Assembly (NCBI GenBank): GCA_963674595.2
Contig: CAXXFV010000015.1
Coordinates: 32,001-96,000 of the forward strand
Direction: 5' to 3'
Origin: a bacterium
GTDB lineage: Bacteria; Zhuqueibacterota; Zhuqueibacteria; Residuimicrobiales; Krinioviventaceae
Length of the DNA: 64,000 nt
Translations under genes and position numbers: made by a program
Shown: piece by piece, positions 29,339 to 40,183 of the stretch
Layout of the letters: each line of letters begins with the position of its first letter
How positions within the stretch are numbered: the stretch's first letter is position 1
Notes under the pieces: model-generated
What the model was told of the DNA's origin: nothing
Databases searched by the model: none
Seen by the model: the letters and a program-made list of their open reading frames with translations, nothing else

Positions 29339-30465
29339 TAAAAGTCAATCTCAAATACACATTCTGCAACTGTATTATCTGATAATTTATTGTCATTATC
29401 TTTTAAAACATCTATATCAATTATGATTTTGCTGCCGTTAACGAGATGTCGGGCAATACCTAAAATCAGCCTTTTTGTATTATTTGTTTGAAAATTCTGT
29501 TTAAAATAGTCATATCGTGCGATAATGCTGTACTGCCGGTTGAATAGCCTGTAATCACCAAAAAGTGAATAACCGTTGTGAGAAAAGGCATGTTTATAAT
29601 TATCCAGCATTTTTCCTGAAAAGTCACCTTTACCAAAGTAATAAAGGGCTGTTAATACGGCTCTATAATTTTCCCAGGATAAAAAGAAACTATTTATTTT
29701 CCATTCCGGTTCAGATTCTATGTTTCCTTTTCCTATGACACCATTATAACTAATTTGTAGACCGGGAATTATGTATGGTAACGGACGAATTGTTAAACGT
29801 CCTTCAACGGATTTGTTTAAATTTTCTTCCACTGCGTGATAACCGCCGCCATTATATACACCAACAGCCAGGCTGCCATATTTTCCCGCATAGTTTTTAT
29901 TAATCTGTTTTTTGTAAGAGTCATCCATTTCTCCTCCCAGAAGAGTCATGAATGTGACGCCAAAGTCGGCAGAATTAATCAGATCAATTTTTTCCAGGAA
30001 AAGTTTGTCCTGCGCCCGGTATAAATTTATATGCTGTTCAAAGTCAAGCCAGGGACGGTGGGCCAGACCTATTTCGAAAAACGGCTTGGTGAAAAAGGAA
30101 CTGTTTTTTAAATTATATTTTACATAACAATATTTTAGCCGTAATTCAATGTCCCCGTAACCATCTCCTTCATGATCTACAGATATATCCGGGGTGATTC
30201 TTCCTGCAAAGCTTTCTGAAAACTGGTGTTTAAAGTTGATGTAACCACGTTTTATTAAAAAGTAATTAAAAGCTTTTCCTGATTTGTTTCCGTTTTGGTA
30301 GGATAAAAACCATTGACCTGAAATGGACGTTTTTTCGGAAAATTCTTTTAAAGAGTTGTTATTAGTTTGGGGACTGGTATTTATGTTCTGCCCCAAAGCA
30401 AATGTTGATATTAAGAGTAGTGTAAAGTGAAAAACGTATGTTGCTTTGATTAAATGAAATTGCAT
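29338..30465 (-). CDS. Putative outer-membrane beta-barrel porin
   Basis: Signal peptide, amphipathic beta-strand pattern, VYNGGGY...EGRLTIRP motif and C-terminal Phe (EIDF). Confidence 0.65.
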   Translation of the reverse strand: MQFHLIKATYVFHFTLLLISTFALGQNINTSPQTNNNSLKEFSEKTSISGQWFLSYQNGNKSGKAFNYFLIKRGYINFKHQFSESFAGRITPDISVDHEGDGYGDIELRLKYCYVKYNLKNSSFFTKPFFEIGLAHRPWLDFEQHINLYRAQDKLFLEKIDLINSADFGVTFMTLLGGEMDDSYKKQINKNYAGKYGSLAVGVYNGGGYHAVEENLNKSVEGRLTIRPLPYIIPGLQISYNGVIGKGNIESEPEWKINSFFLSWENYRAVLTALYYFGKGDFSGKMLDNYKHAFSHNGYSLFGDYRLFNRQYSIIARYDYFKQNFQTNNTKRLILGIARHLVNGSKIIIDIDVLKDNDNKLSDNTVAECVFEIDF

Positions 30466-30569
30466 GTAATAGTCCGGCTTTTAATTTGTAAAAAATTAAA
30501 TGTACAAATTATTTCCATAAAATTAAAGGATAATAAGAAATGGGTTTATATTTAGGAGAGTTTTTTTCT

Positions 30570-30598
30570 TTGCATTTAGTTGGAAAAAGAATTATATT
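30570..30598 (+). promoter_or_regulatory. Putative sigma70 promoter of tRNA-Arg
   Basis: TTGCAT-N17-TATATT, 15 nt before the tRNA. Confidence 0.55.
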
Positions 30599-30613
30599 AT
30601 AATCTTACATATT

Positions 30614-30687
30614 GCGCTCGTAGCTCAATTGGATAGAGCTTCTGACTTCGGATCAGAAGGTTGGGGATTCGAGTTCCTCCGGGCGCG
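30614..30687 (+). tRNA. tRNA-Arg (anticodon UCG); CCA not encoded
   Basis: Cloverleaf with acceptor stem GCGCTCG/CGGGCGC, D-arm GCTC-AATTGGATA-GAGC (includes A20, the Arg identity base), anticodon arm TCTGA-CTTCGGA-TCAGA and T-arm GGGGA-TTCGAGT-TCCTC. Confidence 0.93.
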
Positions 30688-30691
30688 CAAT

Positions 30692-30729
30692 AAAAAAAGC
30701 CTGCAGAAAATATCTGCAGGCTTTTTTTT
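30692..30729. terminator. Bidirectional intrinsic terminator shared by tRNA-Arg and the fusA operon
   Basis: A7-GCCTGCAGA-AAATA-TCTGCAGGC-T8. Confidence 0.92.
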
Positions 30730-31438
30730 ATACTCTGTGGTTTGCTATCAGCATTGTTTTGGGATCGAGTTTTAACCTCAATTTTTCAAGGTCGGTATCG
30801 TTGTGGGCTTTAAGCAGGTGAAAATCAACGTGATTAGGTTGTGGGACCAGCATAATAATTACCGAAAATAAATCGGGAAATTTATTAACCGGTGCCGGAA
30901 TACCATTTTCATCTAATTGAAGATTTTCCCGGTGTAATGTTGAAGAAAACCAAATTTCCTGATTTTTTTCATTTGCCAGTTCTTTCCAGTTTTCCACATC
31001 ACTTTTATTTGCATCTTCAAGTGAATATCCATCAACGATTATTGTATCGGCATGAAAAGGAACATTTTTTGAAATTTGGTTAATGTCTTCTTTAATTTGA
31101 GAAAACTCTATTTCTTTTTGTTTGAAATGAAGAATAAGTCTTTGTTGAAGTAATTGCTCATAAATTTCATGAGCGTTTTCCAGCTTGAAAAACGATGCAA
31201 CTTCATTAAAAACCTGTTTATACCAACTTTCAATATGATTTGGATCATCTGCATAGGAAATGTGCAGAACTTTTTCACCGCGCAACATTTTATCTGTTGC
31301 TACATGAACAAGACTGGCAGTTTTGCCTACACCTTTGCGAGCTGTAAAGGCTCCAAGGTTTCCGGCACCCAGCCCTCCGTGAATTGTTTTATCCAGGACG
31401 CGAATAGGGCTTTTTTTTATGAGTTGAGATTTTAGCAT
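30728..31438 (-). CDS. Uncharacterised RecA/KaiC-fold P-loop protein
   Basis: LDKTIHGGLGAG, Walker A ARKGVGKT, KVLHIS and Walker B-like TIIVDG; AGAGG RBS. Confidence 0.75.
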   Translation of the reverse strand: MLKSQLIKKSPIRVLDKTIHGGLGAGNLGAFTARKGVGKTASLVHVATDKMLRGEKVLHISYADDPNHIESWYKQVFNEVASFFKLENAHEIYEQLLQQRLILHFKQKEIEFSQIKEDINQISKNVPFHADTIIVDGYSLEDANKSDVENWKELANEKNQEIWFSSTLHRENLQLDENGIPAPVNKFPDLFSVIIMLVPQPNHVDFHLLKAHNDTDLEKLRLKLDPKTMLIANHRV

Positions 31439-31511
31439 AATGGCGGCCTCTTTTTATACTCTATTATTCAAAAATTCATTTATAACTTGAAAAACACATG
31501 TGTGTTTGATT

Positions 31512-33593
<2,082 letters not shown>

Positions 33594-33641
33594 TTGTTCT
33601 CTCAATTTATTTATGTTATAAAGTGTTGCAAAACAGCCTTA

Positions 33642-33670
33642 AATATACAAATATATTTTGTGAAAAGCAA
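33642..33670 (-). promoter_or_regulatory. Putative sigma70 promoter of fusA
   Basis: TTGCTT-N17-TATATT on the minus strand. Confidence 0.55.
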
Positions 33671-33842
33671 ATTGAAAATATGTCCTTTTTGTGCCACATT
33701 CCTTTTTCTATATATAGTTAATTTCCGTGAAAAAGTAAATACAAATATTTATTTAAAAAGACAAGTTGTTGTATTATAATACGATATGGCAAAAATTTTT
33801 GATGACAATTCGGTTAAGCTATGCTGTTGTTCATTAAAATAA

Positions 33843-33858
33843 TGGCATGTTTTATGCT
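33843..33858 (+). promoter_or_regulatory. Putative sigma54 (-24/-12) promoter of the signalling cluster
   Basis: TGGCATGTTTTATGCT matches TGGCAC-N5-TTGCW with exact GG-N10-GC spacing, about 100 nt upstream of ATG 33958. Confidence 0.55.
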
Positions 33859-33957
33859 ATTTGGGCGATGAGCGTCTAATTTTTTATTGTATTGAATGTT
33901 ATGATTAGGAGGAATCATTTGCATATGACCAGGGTATGATTTTGGAATATTGATTAT

Positions 33958-36900
33958 ATGAAATACAAATACAGCTATTTATTGATTTTTATATTATTAT
34001 TTCAGTTTTTTGATACACAAAAAAGTTTTTCTATTGAAGAATATACTCCTCAATTTTCAGATCCTTTATTTGAAAAATGGCGTTGGCGTTCTTATCCTTT
34101 TTTAACAGGAAAAGGATTAAAAGATTTGGCCGAAACCGGGGATGGCAGGATATGGTTTGCGGTTAATGATGGAATATATGCTTATAACGGTTACGACTGG
34201 ACTTTGTTTACAACGGATAATGGTCTGGTTGACGGAAGTGTTTCATGTTTATATTCTTCCAGGAATTTTGGGCTTTTTGTTGGAACTGATAGAGGTGTAA
34301 GTCGATTTTTTAATGAAAAATGGGAAAAGGTTTTTAATCCTCAGTTAGAAGCTGAATGGGACGTCTATGATATAACGGTAGACGAAACTGGCGCAATATG
34401 GCTTGCAACGCGATATGGACTCGTACGTATTAATGGGCAAAAAATACATTTTTTCAGCAATGAAAGACGAATCAGAATAATTCTCGATAAAGTAAATCGT
34501 TTTTATGGGCAAAATATGTCAAAGGCAAAAAAAATAGAATACAGGAGTGCCCCTTTTAAAATTCCTGTAAATTTGTCAGGTGACTCGTTAACGGTTACAA
34601 CCATTTCTCAACCAGATTTAGATAATTTGAATTTTGATGTATATAATATTTTATTGGACTATTCAAACTATTTATGGTTTGGTTTAAAAGATGGTGCAAT
34701 TTTAAGGGGAGATTTTCGATCTTTTAATGAAGATAGTTTATATTCGATACGAGTTTATGGCCAAAAAGACGGTCTTTCAACAGGCAACAAACCCAGAATA
34801 TATGTAACTTCTGACAGCACAATATGGACTGTTTCTGAAGGTCTTGAAGGTGGTGTTAATAAATTTATTGATAACAAATGGATCAGCTTTTTTTTATCAA
34901 ATAATGGCGGATCAAACAGGAATTTAAAAGTAGCTGAAACTGATGACGGTGTTGTTTGGATATCCGGGAGCTATGCTTTACAACGTTATAAGGATAACCA
35001 TTGGAGTGTTTATACCTATGCCAGTCGTGAATTACCGATTCCTTCACAAAGGACTCGTATGCATATATCATCAGATGGTGCTATTTGGTTTTGGGGGTTT
35101 GCCCAGGAGCCTGTTCGGTTTGAATATAATTTAGATCAATGGAAAACACTTTTAAATCTCAATTATCAATGTGATACCTCGGATGGAACGCAATGGTTTT
35201 TATCCTTTGACGGAAAAGCCATCCGTAAAAGCGGCAATGAATGGAAGGCTTTTGGTGTTGAAGATGGTTTGATTAAAGATCCTGTGGCACTTTATAGTAC
35301 AAAAAAAGGGGTAATATGGGCTATAGGAAGCCATAAAAATGTTGCTGCCACAGCGTATTTTAAAGACGGAAAGTGGAAAAGAGAAAAACATCCCACTTTA
35401 AGCTGGGGAATTGACCGCAGAGCATTCCTTGAAGACAATCAAGGCCGATTATGGTTTGGAGCGGCTGCGGATACGATAACGAAAACGGGGCAAATGGGCG
35501 GATTGCTTGTTTATGAAAAAAATAAATGGCACCACTATTTTAGTAGTGAAATTCCCAGTGCTATATACGGTTTCGTTCAGACACATGATGGAAATATTTG
35601 GGCATGTGGTTATTTTGGACTGATGGTATTTGACGGGAAGGTATGGAAAAAACAGAAATTTGAGGGGATAAGCAAATATCGAAGTGATGTTATAACGACC
35701 GATTCAGACGGATTTCTTTGGGCCGGTACAAGGGGTTATGGCGTTTTTCATTATAATGGTCATAAATGGATAAATTATCAAATTAAAGATGGATTGGATG
35801 ATACACGTATTATTGATCTTTTCCATAGTTCGGATGATAATTTTTGGGCTGTCAGTTCTACTGGATTTAACAGGCATGATAATTCTATTAATGAACTGCC
35901 TTTTTGGAAAAGTGATGCCCTTCCGGTAGCAATTCATAATCCGGATTGGACAAAAATAAACGAATCTTCTGATGGTGTTTTATGGATAAATTCTTTTTCT
36001 GATGCCTGGTGTCAGCGGACAAAAAGCCAACTTGATTTTGAAATGGCAAAAGAAACAAAGTTTATGACAACGACCTTTAAACCGGATAAATTTGCCCCGA
36101 AAACAAAAATTTCTATATACTTGGATAAAGTTCCTCAACCTGGCAATGCCATTATTTCCTGGGAATCTGTTGACAAGTGGAACAGGACAAGTCAAGATGA
36201 TTTGGAATATTCATACCGGCTCGATGGGGGAATATGGTCGCATTATTCAAAAGTAAACGAAAAAGTGTTTTTTGATTTAAAAGATGGAGCTCACAAGTTT
36301 GAGGTAAAGGCCAGGGATCAGGATTTTAATGTTGAAGCTCAACCTGCTGTTTTAACTTTTAAAGTTCTCCCTCCGGTTTGGAAAGAGTCCTGGTTTCTTT
36401 ATCTTGTTTCCGTATTTACATTTATTGTTCTTTATCAATCAATACACATTATTAAAAAGAACAAAGAACTTTTAAATTCAAACAGTTCTTTAAAAGAAGC
36501 GAATAAAGATATAAAACTGAGTCAGCAAAAACTTGAAAAGGTTAACTATCAATTGGAACTAGAACTTGCTCAGCGTAAAAAAACAGAACTGGCTTTACAA
36601 CAGTCAGAATTACAATATAGTGTAACGATAAATTCGTTAAGTGAAGCCATTCATGTTATTGATAAAGACTTTAATCTGATTCTTTATAATAAAAAGTTTA
36701 AAGATCAAGTAAAAGAGGTGGGCGTTGAGGTTAACGCGACTCATGTAAATTTATTTACTCTTTTACCATTTTTAACAAAAGAACATAAAAACGAATACGA
36801 ACAAGTTTTTAAAGATAAAAAGCCTGTTGTTACAATTGAAGATATGAGAACAGTTGATAATAAAATTATAGTTGGTGAAACTTTCAAGATCCCGGTTTTA

Positions 36901-37608
36901 AAGGATGATATTGTTGAGCAGGTTATAACCGTTGTACGTGATATTACAGCTCAAAAACGACATGAACTGGAAATAAAAAATTCTTTGGAAGAAAAAAAAT
37001 TATTATTAAAAGAGATTCATCATCGTGTAAAAAATAACTTACAGATTATTTCCAGTTTGCTTTATTTACAATCCAAAAATTTGGAAAGTGAACAGGACGC
37101 CCGCTATTTTGAAGAGAGCCGAAATCGTGTTCAATCCATGGCTATCATCCATGAAAAATTGTATCAATCTGCTGACTTTTTAAAGATTAATTTTTCAGAT
37201 TATCTAAAACAGTTGACGCAAACAGTTTTACAAACCTATAGTCAAGATGATAAGAATATTAAGATAAATATAAATGTGGAAGATGTTTTTCTAAAAATTG
37301 ACCAGGCCATACCATGCGGACTTTTAGTCAATGAGTTGATTTCTAATGCACTAAAACATGCGTTTAGTGATGTGGATAAAGGTGAAATAACCGTTTATTT
37401 GGGTAAAAAAATGACAGATGAATCCGGAATGGTTTATATTTTACAAGTCCAGGATAATGGAAAAGGCGGGAATTTTGAAAATAAAATTAAAGAAAGCAAA
37501 TCGTTAGGACTACAGCTAGTTCAAAGTCTCACAAGACAGCTTGATGGTGAATTGAATTTTTATCACGATCATGGTACGAATGTGCAAATTATTTTTCCAT
37601 TTGAGTAA
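33958..37608 (+). CDS. Membrane sensor histidine kinase: beta-propeller repeats, Y_Y_Y, TM, PAS, HisKA_2, HATPase
   Basis: Repeated DG.(I/L)W(F/A) propeller blades, YSYRLDGG...[32 protein letters not shown]-box, [12 protein letters not shown] and DNG. Confidence 0.92.
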   Translation: MKYKYSYLLIFILLFQFFDTQKSFSIEEYTPQFSDPLFEKWRWRSYPFLTGKGLKDLAETGDGRIWFAVNDGIYAYNGYDWTLFTTDNGLVDGSVSCLYSSRNFGLFVGTDRGVSRFFNEKWEKVFNPQLEAEWDVYDITVDETGAIWLATRYGLVRINGQKIHFFSNERRIRIILDKVNRFYGQNMSKAKKIEYRSAPFKIPVNLSGDSLTVTTISQPDLDNLNFDVYNILLDYSNYLWFGLKDGAILRGDFRSFNEDSLYSIRVYGQKDGLSTGNKPRIYVTSDSTIWTVSEGLEGGVNKFIDNKWISFFLSNNGGSNRNLKVAETDDGVVWISGSYALQRYKDNHWSVYTYASRELPIPSQRTRMHISSDGAIWFWGFAQEPVRFEYNLDQWKTLLNLNYQCDTSDGTQWFLSFDGKAIRKSGNEWKAFGVEDGLIKDPVALYSTKKGVIWAIGSHKNVAATAYFKDGKWKREKHPTLSWGIDRRAFLEDNQGRLWFGAAADTITKTGQMGGLLVYEKNKWHHYFSSEIPSAIYGFVQTHDGNIWACGYFGLMVFDGKVWKKQKFEGISKYRSDVITTDSDGFLWAGTRGYGVFHYNGHKWINYQIKDGLDDTRIIDLFHSSDDNFWAVSSTGFNRHDNSINELPFWKSDALPVAIHNPDWTKINESSDGVLWINSFSDAWCQRTKSQLDFEMAKETKFMTTTFKPDKFAPKTKISIYLDKVPQPGNAIISWESVDKWNRTSQDDLEYSYRLDGGIWSHYSKVNEKVFFDLKDGAHKFEVKARDQDFNVEAQPAVLTFKVLPPVWKESWFLYLVSVFTFIVLYQSIHIIKKNKELLNSNSSLKEANKDIKLSQQKLEKVNYQLELELAQRKKTELALQQSELQYSVTINSLSEAIHVIDKDFNLILYNKKFKDQVKEVGVEVNATHVNLFTLLPFLTKEHKNEYEQVFKDKKPVVTIEDMRTVDNKIIVGETFKIPVLKDDIVEQVITVVRDITAQKRHELEIKNSLEEKKLLLKEIHHRVKNNLQIISSLLYLQSKNLESEQDARYFEESRNRVQSMAIIHEKLYQSADFLKINFSDYLKQLTQTVLQTYSQDDKNIKININVEDVFLKIDQAIPCGLLVNELISNALKHAFSDVDKGEITVYLGKKMTDESGMVYILQVQDNGKGGNFENKIKESKSLGLQLVQSLTRQLDGELNFYHDHGTNVQIIFPFE

Positions 37609-37633
37609 ATAATAATTAAATAGTGGAAGGAAA

Positions 37634-37963
37634 ATGGCAGTTATTCAATTAGAATATATCAAAACGGGAATGGTCCTCAAACAAGATGTTAAAAATACCA
37701 ATGGAGTTGTTCTATTGGGAGCGGGTGGAGTTATTAGCGAGAAAACAATACGTTTTTTTAAAATGTGGGGAATAGCAGAGATAGATATTGTTGACGATAA
37801 TAAAAAGGATAAAATTATTGTCAGTGAACCATTTTTAAAAAAAGCTGAAAAAAAATGCAAAATTTTATTTCAACATACCAATACTTCTCATCCGGTTATG
37901 AAGAGAATTTATAAATATTGTGCTGTTCGTTTTGCGGAAAAAATGGCACAGGAGAAACAATGA
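37634..37963 (+). CDS. Small conserved hypothetical protein coupled to the HDOD gene
   Basis: IKTGMVLKQDV...GVVLLGAG..ISEK.I..FKMWGI resembles the N-terminal module of HD-GYP proteins; AAGGA RBS; ATGA overlap with the next gene. Confidence 0.7.
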   Translation: MAVIQLEYIKTGMVLKQDVKNTNGVVLLGAGGVISEKTIRFFKMWGIAEIDIVDDNKKDKIIVSEPFLKKAEKKCKILFQHTNTSHPVMKRIYKYCAVRFAEKMAQEKQ

Positions 37964-38808
37964 TTGCTATTGATATTAAAAGTGAAATCTCTGAAAAAAT
38001 AAATCTTCCATCTTTACCTGTTGTTTATGTTAGATTAAGTGAAGCCATTCAGAGCCCCAACACTTCTGTTTCAGATATATGCAAAATAATAAATACGGAT
38101 GCTGGTTTGGCAACACGGTTGTTAAAGATAGCAAACAGCACAATGTATTCTTTTACTTCAAAAGTAGAAACCGTAAAAAAAGCTGTACTCGTTGTTGGAA
38201 CACGTGAACTACATGATCTGGCACTTGCCTTATATGTTTTGAAAATGTTTAAAAATATATCACCAAATTTAATTGATATAAAAGAATTTTGGAAACATAA
38301 TATTGCCTGTGGATTGGCAGCGCGTGCCATTGCATCGTTAAGAAAAGAAGTCAATGTGGAACGTTTTTTTGTAGCCGGTCTTTTACATGATTTAGGAAGG
38401 ATTTTTTTATATATTGCTTTCCCGGAAGAAAGTTATGAAACGTTAACTATTGCAAAAAGGGAAAATAGAATATTATTCAAGGTAGAAGAACAGTTTTTTG
38501 GATATGATCACGCACAGATTGGTGGTTTTTTATTAGATAACTGGGCCATACCTCAAAATTTGGTGGAAATGATTGCCTGGCACCATGCTCCCAGAAAAGC
38601 TCCAAAAAAGTATTTTTTGGATGCTGCAACCATTCATTTGGCCGACATTTTAGCTCATGCTTTATGTTATGGGTATTCGGGCGAACAATTTGTACCACCG
38701 TTAGATGAAAAAACATGGCAACAAATAGGAATTGAACCATCTGAAATAATAAATGTGATGAAAAAAGTTGATGAACAATTCCCAATTGTTGCATCTTCTG
38801 TTCTTTAA
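37960..38808 (+). CDS. HDOD domain protein
   Basis: LPSLP, DAGLATRLLKIANS, FWKHN, AGLLHDLG, DHAQIG..L...W.IP and HHAP motifs; ATG 37960 behind AGGAG. Confidence 0.93.
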   Translation: MIAIDIKSEISEKINLPSLPVVYVRLSEAIQSPNTSVSDICKIINTDAGLATRLLKIANSTMYSFTSKVETVKKAVLVVGTRELHDLALALYVLKMFKNISPNLIDIKEFWKHNIACGLAARAIASLRKEVNVERFFVAGLLHDLGRIFLYIAFPEESYETLTIAKRENRILFKVEEQFFGYDHAQIGGFLLDNWAIPQNLVEMIAWHHAPRKAPKKYFLDAATIHLADILAHALCYGYSGEQFVPPLDEKTWQQIGIEPSEIINVMKKVDEQFPIVASSVL

Positions 38809-38819
38809 AGGTAATATAA

Positions 38820-40169
38820 ATGACAAATAATATTGAATATTTAATAAACAGAGTCCGTTATTTAGAAAAAGAAAACTATGCAACCTTATACATTTTAGAT
38901 GTATTATCCAAATTTAATTTGACTATATTGAGTTTGGAAGCAAGTAAGGGCCCTGATGATATTTTTGCTATTATGCGAAAATCTCTTGGTGATTTAAATA
39001 TTTTTAAACTTTTTGCGTTTATGTTGCCAGGTAAAAAAGAGTATGATTTTGATTATATTTTATGTGAACCGGAGCAAGAAAAAAGTTATTTAAAGAAGGA
39101 AGTGGAATGGGCAATAAAAGAAGATTTTTTTGCCTGGGCATTAAAGCAAAATTGTCCCTCTTTTCGAAAAGCAAAAAAGATTAAAGATCAGTTGTTTATG
39201 CAGCCACTGATAGTTGAAGAAAAAGTTTTTGGAATGTTTGTCTGTATTGTAGATGATTTGAGCTTTAGTAAAAATGAAATTTTAATTACGGATGTTGTTT
39301 CCAATATTACCAACACTTGTTCGCGGGCTGTTGAAAGATACAGGCTTGAAGGCAAAATAATAGCAAGGACAAAAGAACTTGAAAAGGTAAATGAAGATTT
39401 AAAAAATGAAATAAAAGAAAAGGAAAAAATTTCCTCACTCCTTGATGCTGAAAGAATAAATATTGAAAATACCATAGAATCAAAAACAGAATATTTACAG
39501 GAAATGAATGCTCAACTTGAGTTTAAAGTAAAATCCAGTAAAAAAACCGAAATAAAGCTTAAAGAATCTTTATCTGAAAAAGATTTATTATTAAGAGAAA
39601 TTCATCATCGCGTAAAAAATAATTTACAGATAATTTCGAGCCTTTTATACCTTCAATCCAATAAAGTAAGGCAATCGGAATGTGTAAAGTTGTTTCATGA
39701 AAGTCAAAATCGTATTCGATCTATGGCTTTAATACATGAGAAATTGTACCAATCCAAAGACATTTCAAGAATTAATTTACGCGATTACCTGAATAGTTTA
39801 ACGGCAGAATTGGTTCAATCTTGTCAATCCGGTAATTTAATATCTCTCGAGTTGGACCTTGAAAATTTATTGTTATCTGTTGAAAAAGCTTTACCGATAG
39901 GCCTTATTGTAAATGAATTGTTTTCCAATTCGTTAAAATATGCATTTCCTGAATTTAAAAAAGGAATTATTTCTATTAGTATGAAAAGGTTTGACACCGA
40001 TAAATATATATTAAATTATAATGATAACGGAATTGGATTGCCGGACGGATTTGATTTAAACATGCACAGCTCGTTAGGATTAAGATTGGTTAGTAATTTG
40101 GTCAAACAATTGGATGGAGAGCTCGAAATATCAAGTAATAATGGGGCACACTTTGGCATTCTGTTTTGA
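38820..40169 (+). CDS. Cytoplasmic HisKA_2 histidine kinase with GAF-like N-terminal domain
   Basis: No TM helix; coiled coil; [28 protein letters not shown] and SLGL motifs. Confidence 0.9.
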   Translation: MTNNIEYLINRVRYLEKENYATLYILDVLSKFNLTILSLEASKGPDDIFAIMRKSLGDLNIFKLFAFMLPGKKEYDFDYILCEPEQEKSYLKKEVEWAIKEDFFAWALKQNCPSFRKAKKIKDQLFMQPLIVEEKVFGMFVCIVDDLSFSKNEILITDVVSNITNTCSRAVERYRLEGKIIARTKELEKVNEDLKNEIKEKEKISSLLDAERINIENTIESKTEYLQEMNAQLEFKVKSSKKTEIKLKESLSEKDLLLREIHHRVKNNLQIISSLLYLQSNKVRQSECVKLFHESQNRIRSMALIHEKLYQSKDISRINLRDYLNSLTAELVQSCQSGNLISLELDLENLLLSVEKALPIGLIVNELFSNSLKYAFPEFKKGIISISMKRFDTDKYILNYNDNGIGLPDGFDLNMHSSLGLRLVSNLVKQLDGELEISSNNGAHFGILF

Positions 40170-40183
40170 GAGAGGGAAATGTT

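Noticed and set aside
30728-31438. Circadian KaiC or DNA-repair RadA call
   Set aside because: It is a single short domain lacking the tandem KaiC domains, the EE catalytic motif and the RadA Zn finger/KNRFG motif; no kaiB is nearby.
33787-33802. Second TGGCA site (and a minus-strand TGGCAC near 33696) as sigma54 promoters
   Set aside because: Neither has a GC at the required -12 spacing.
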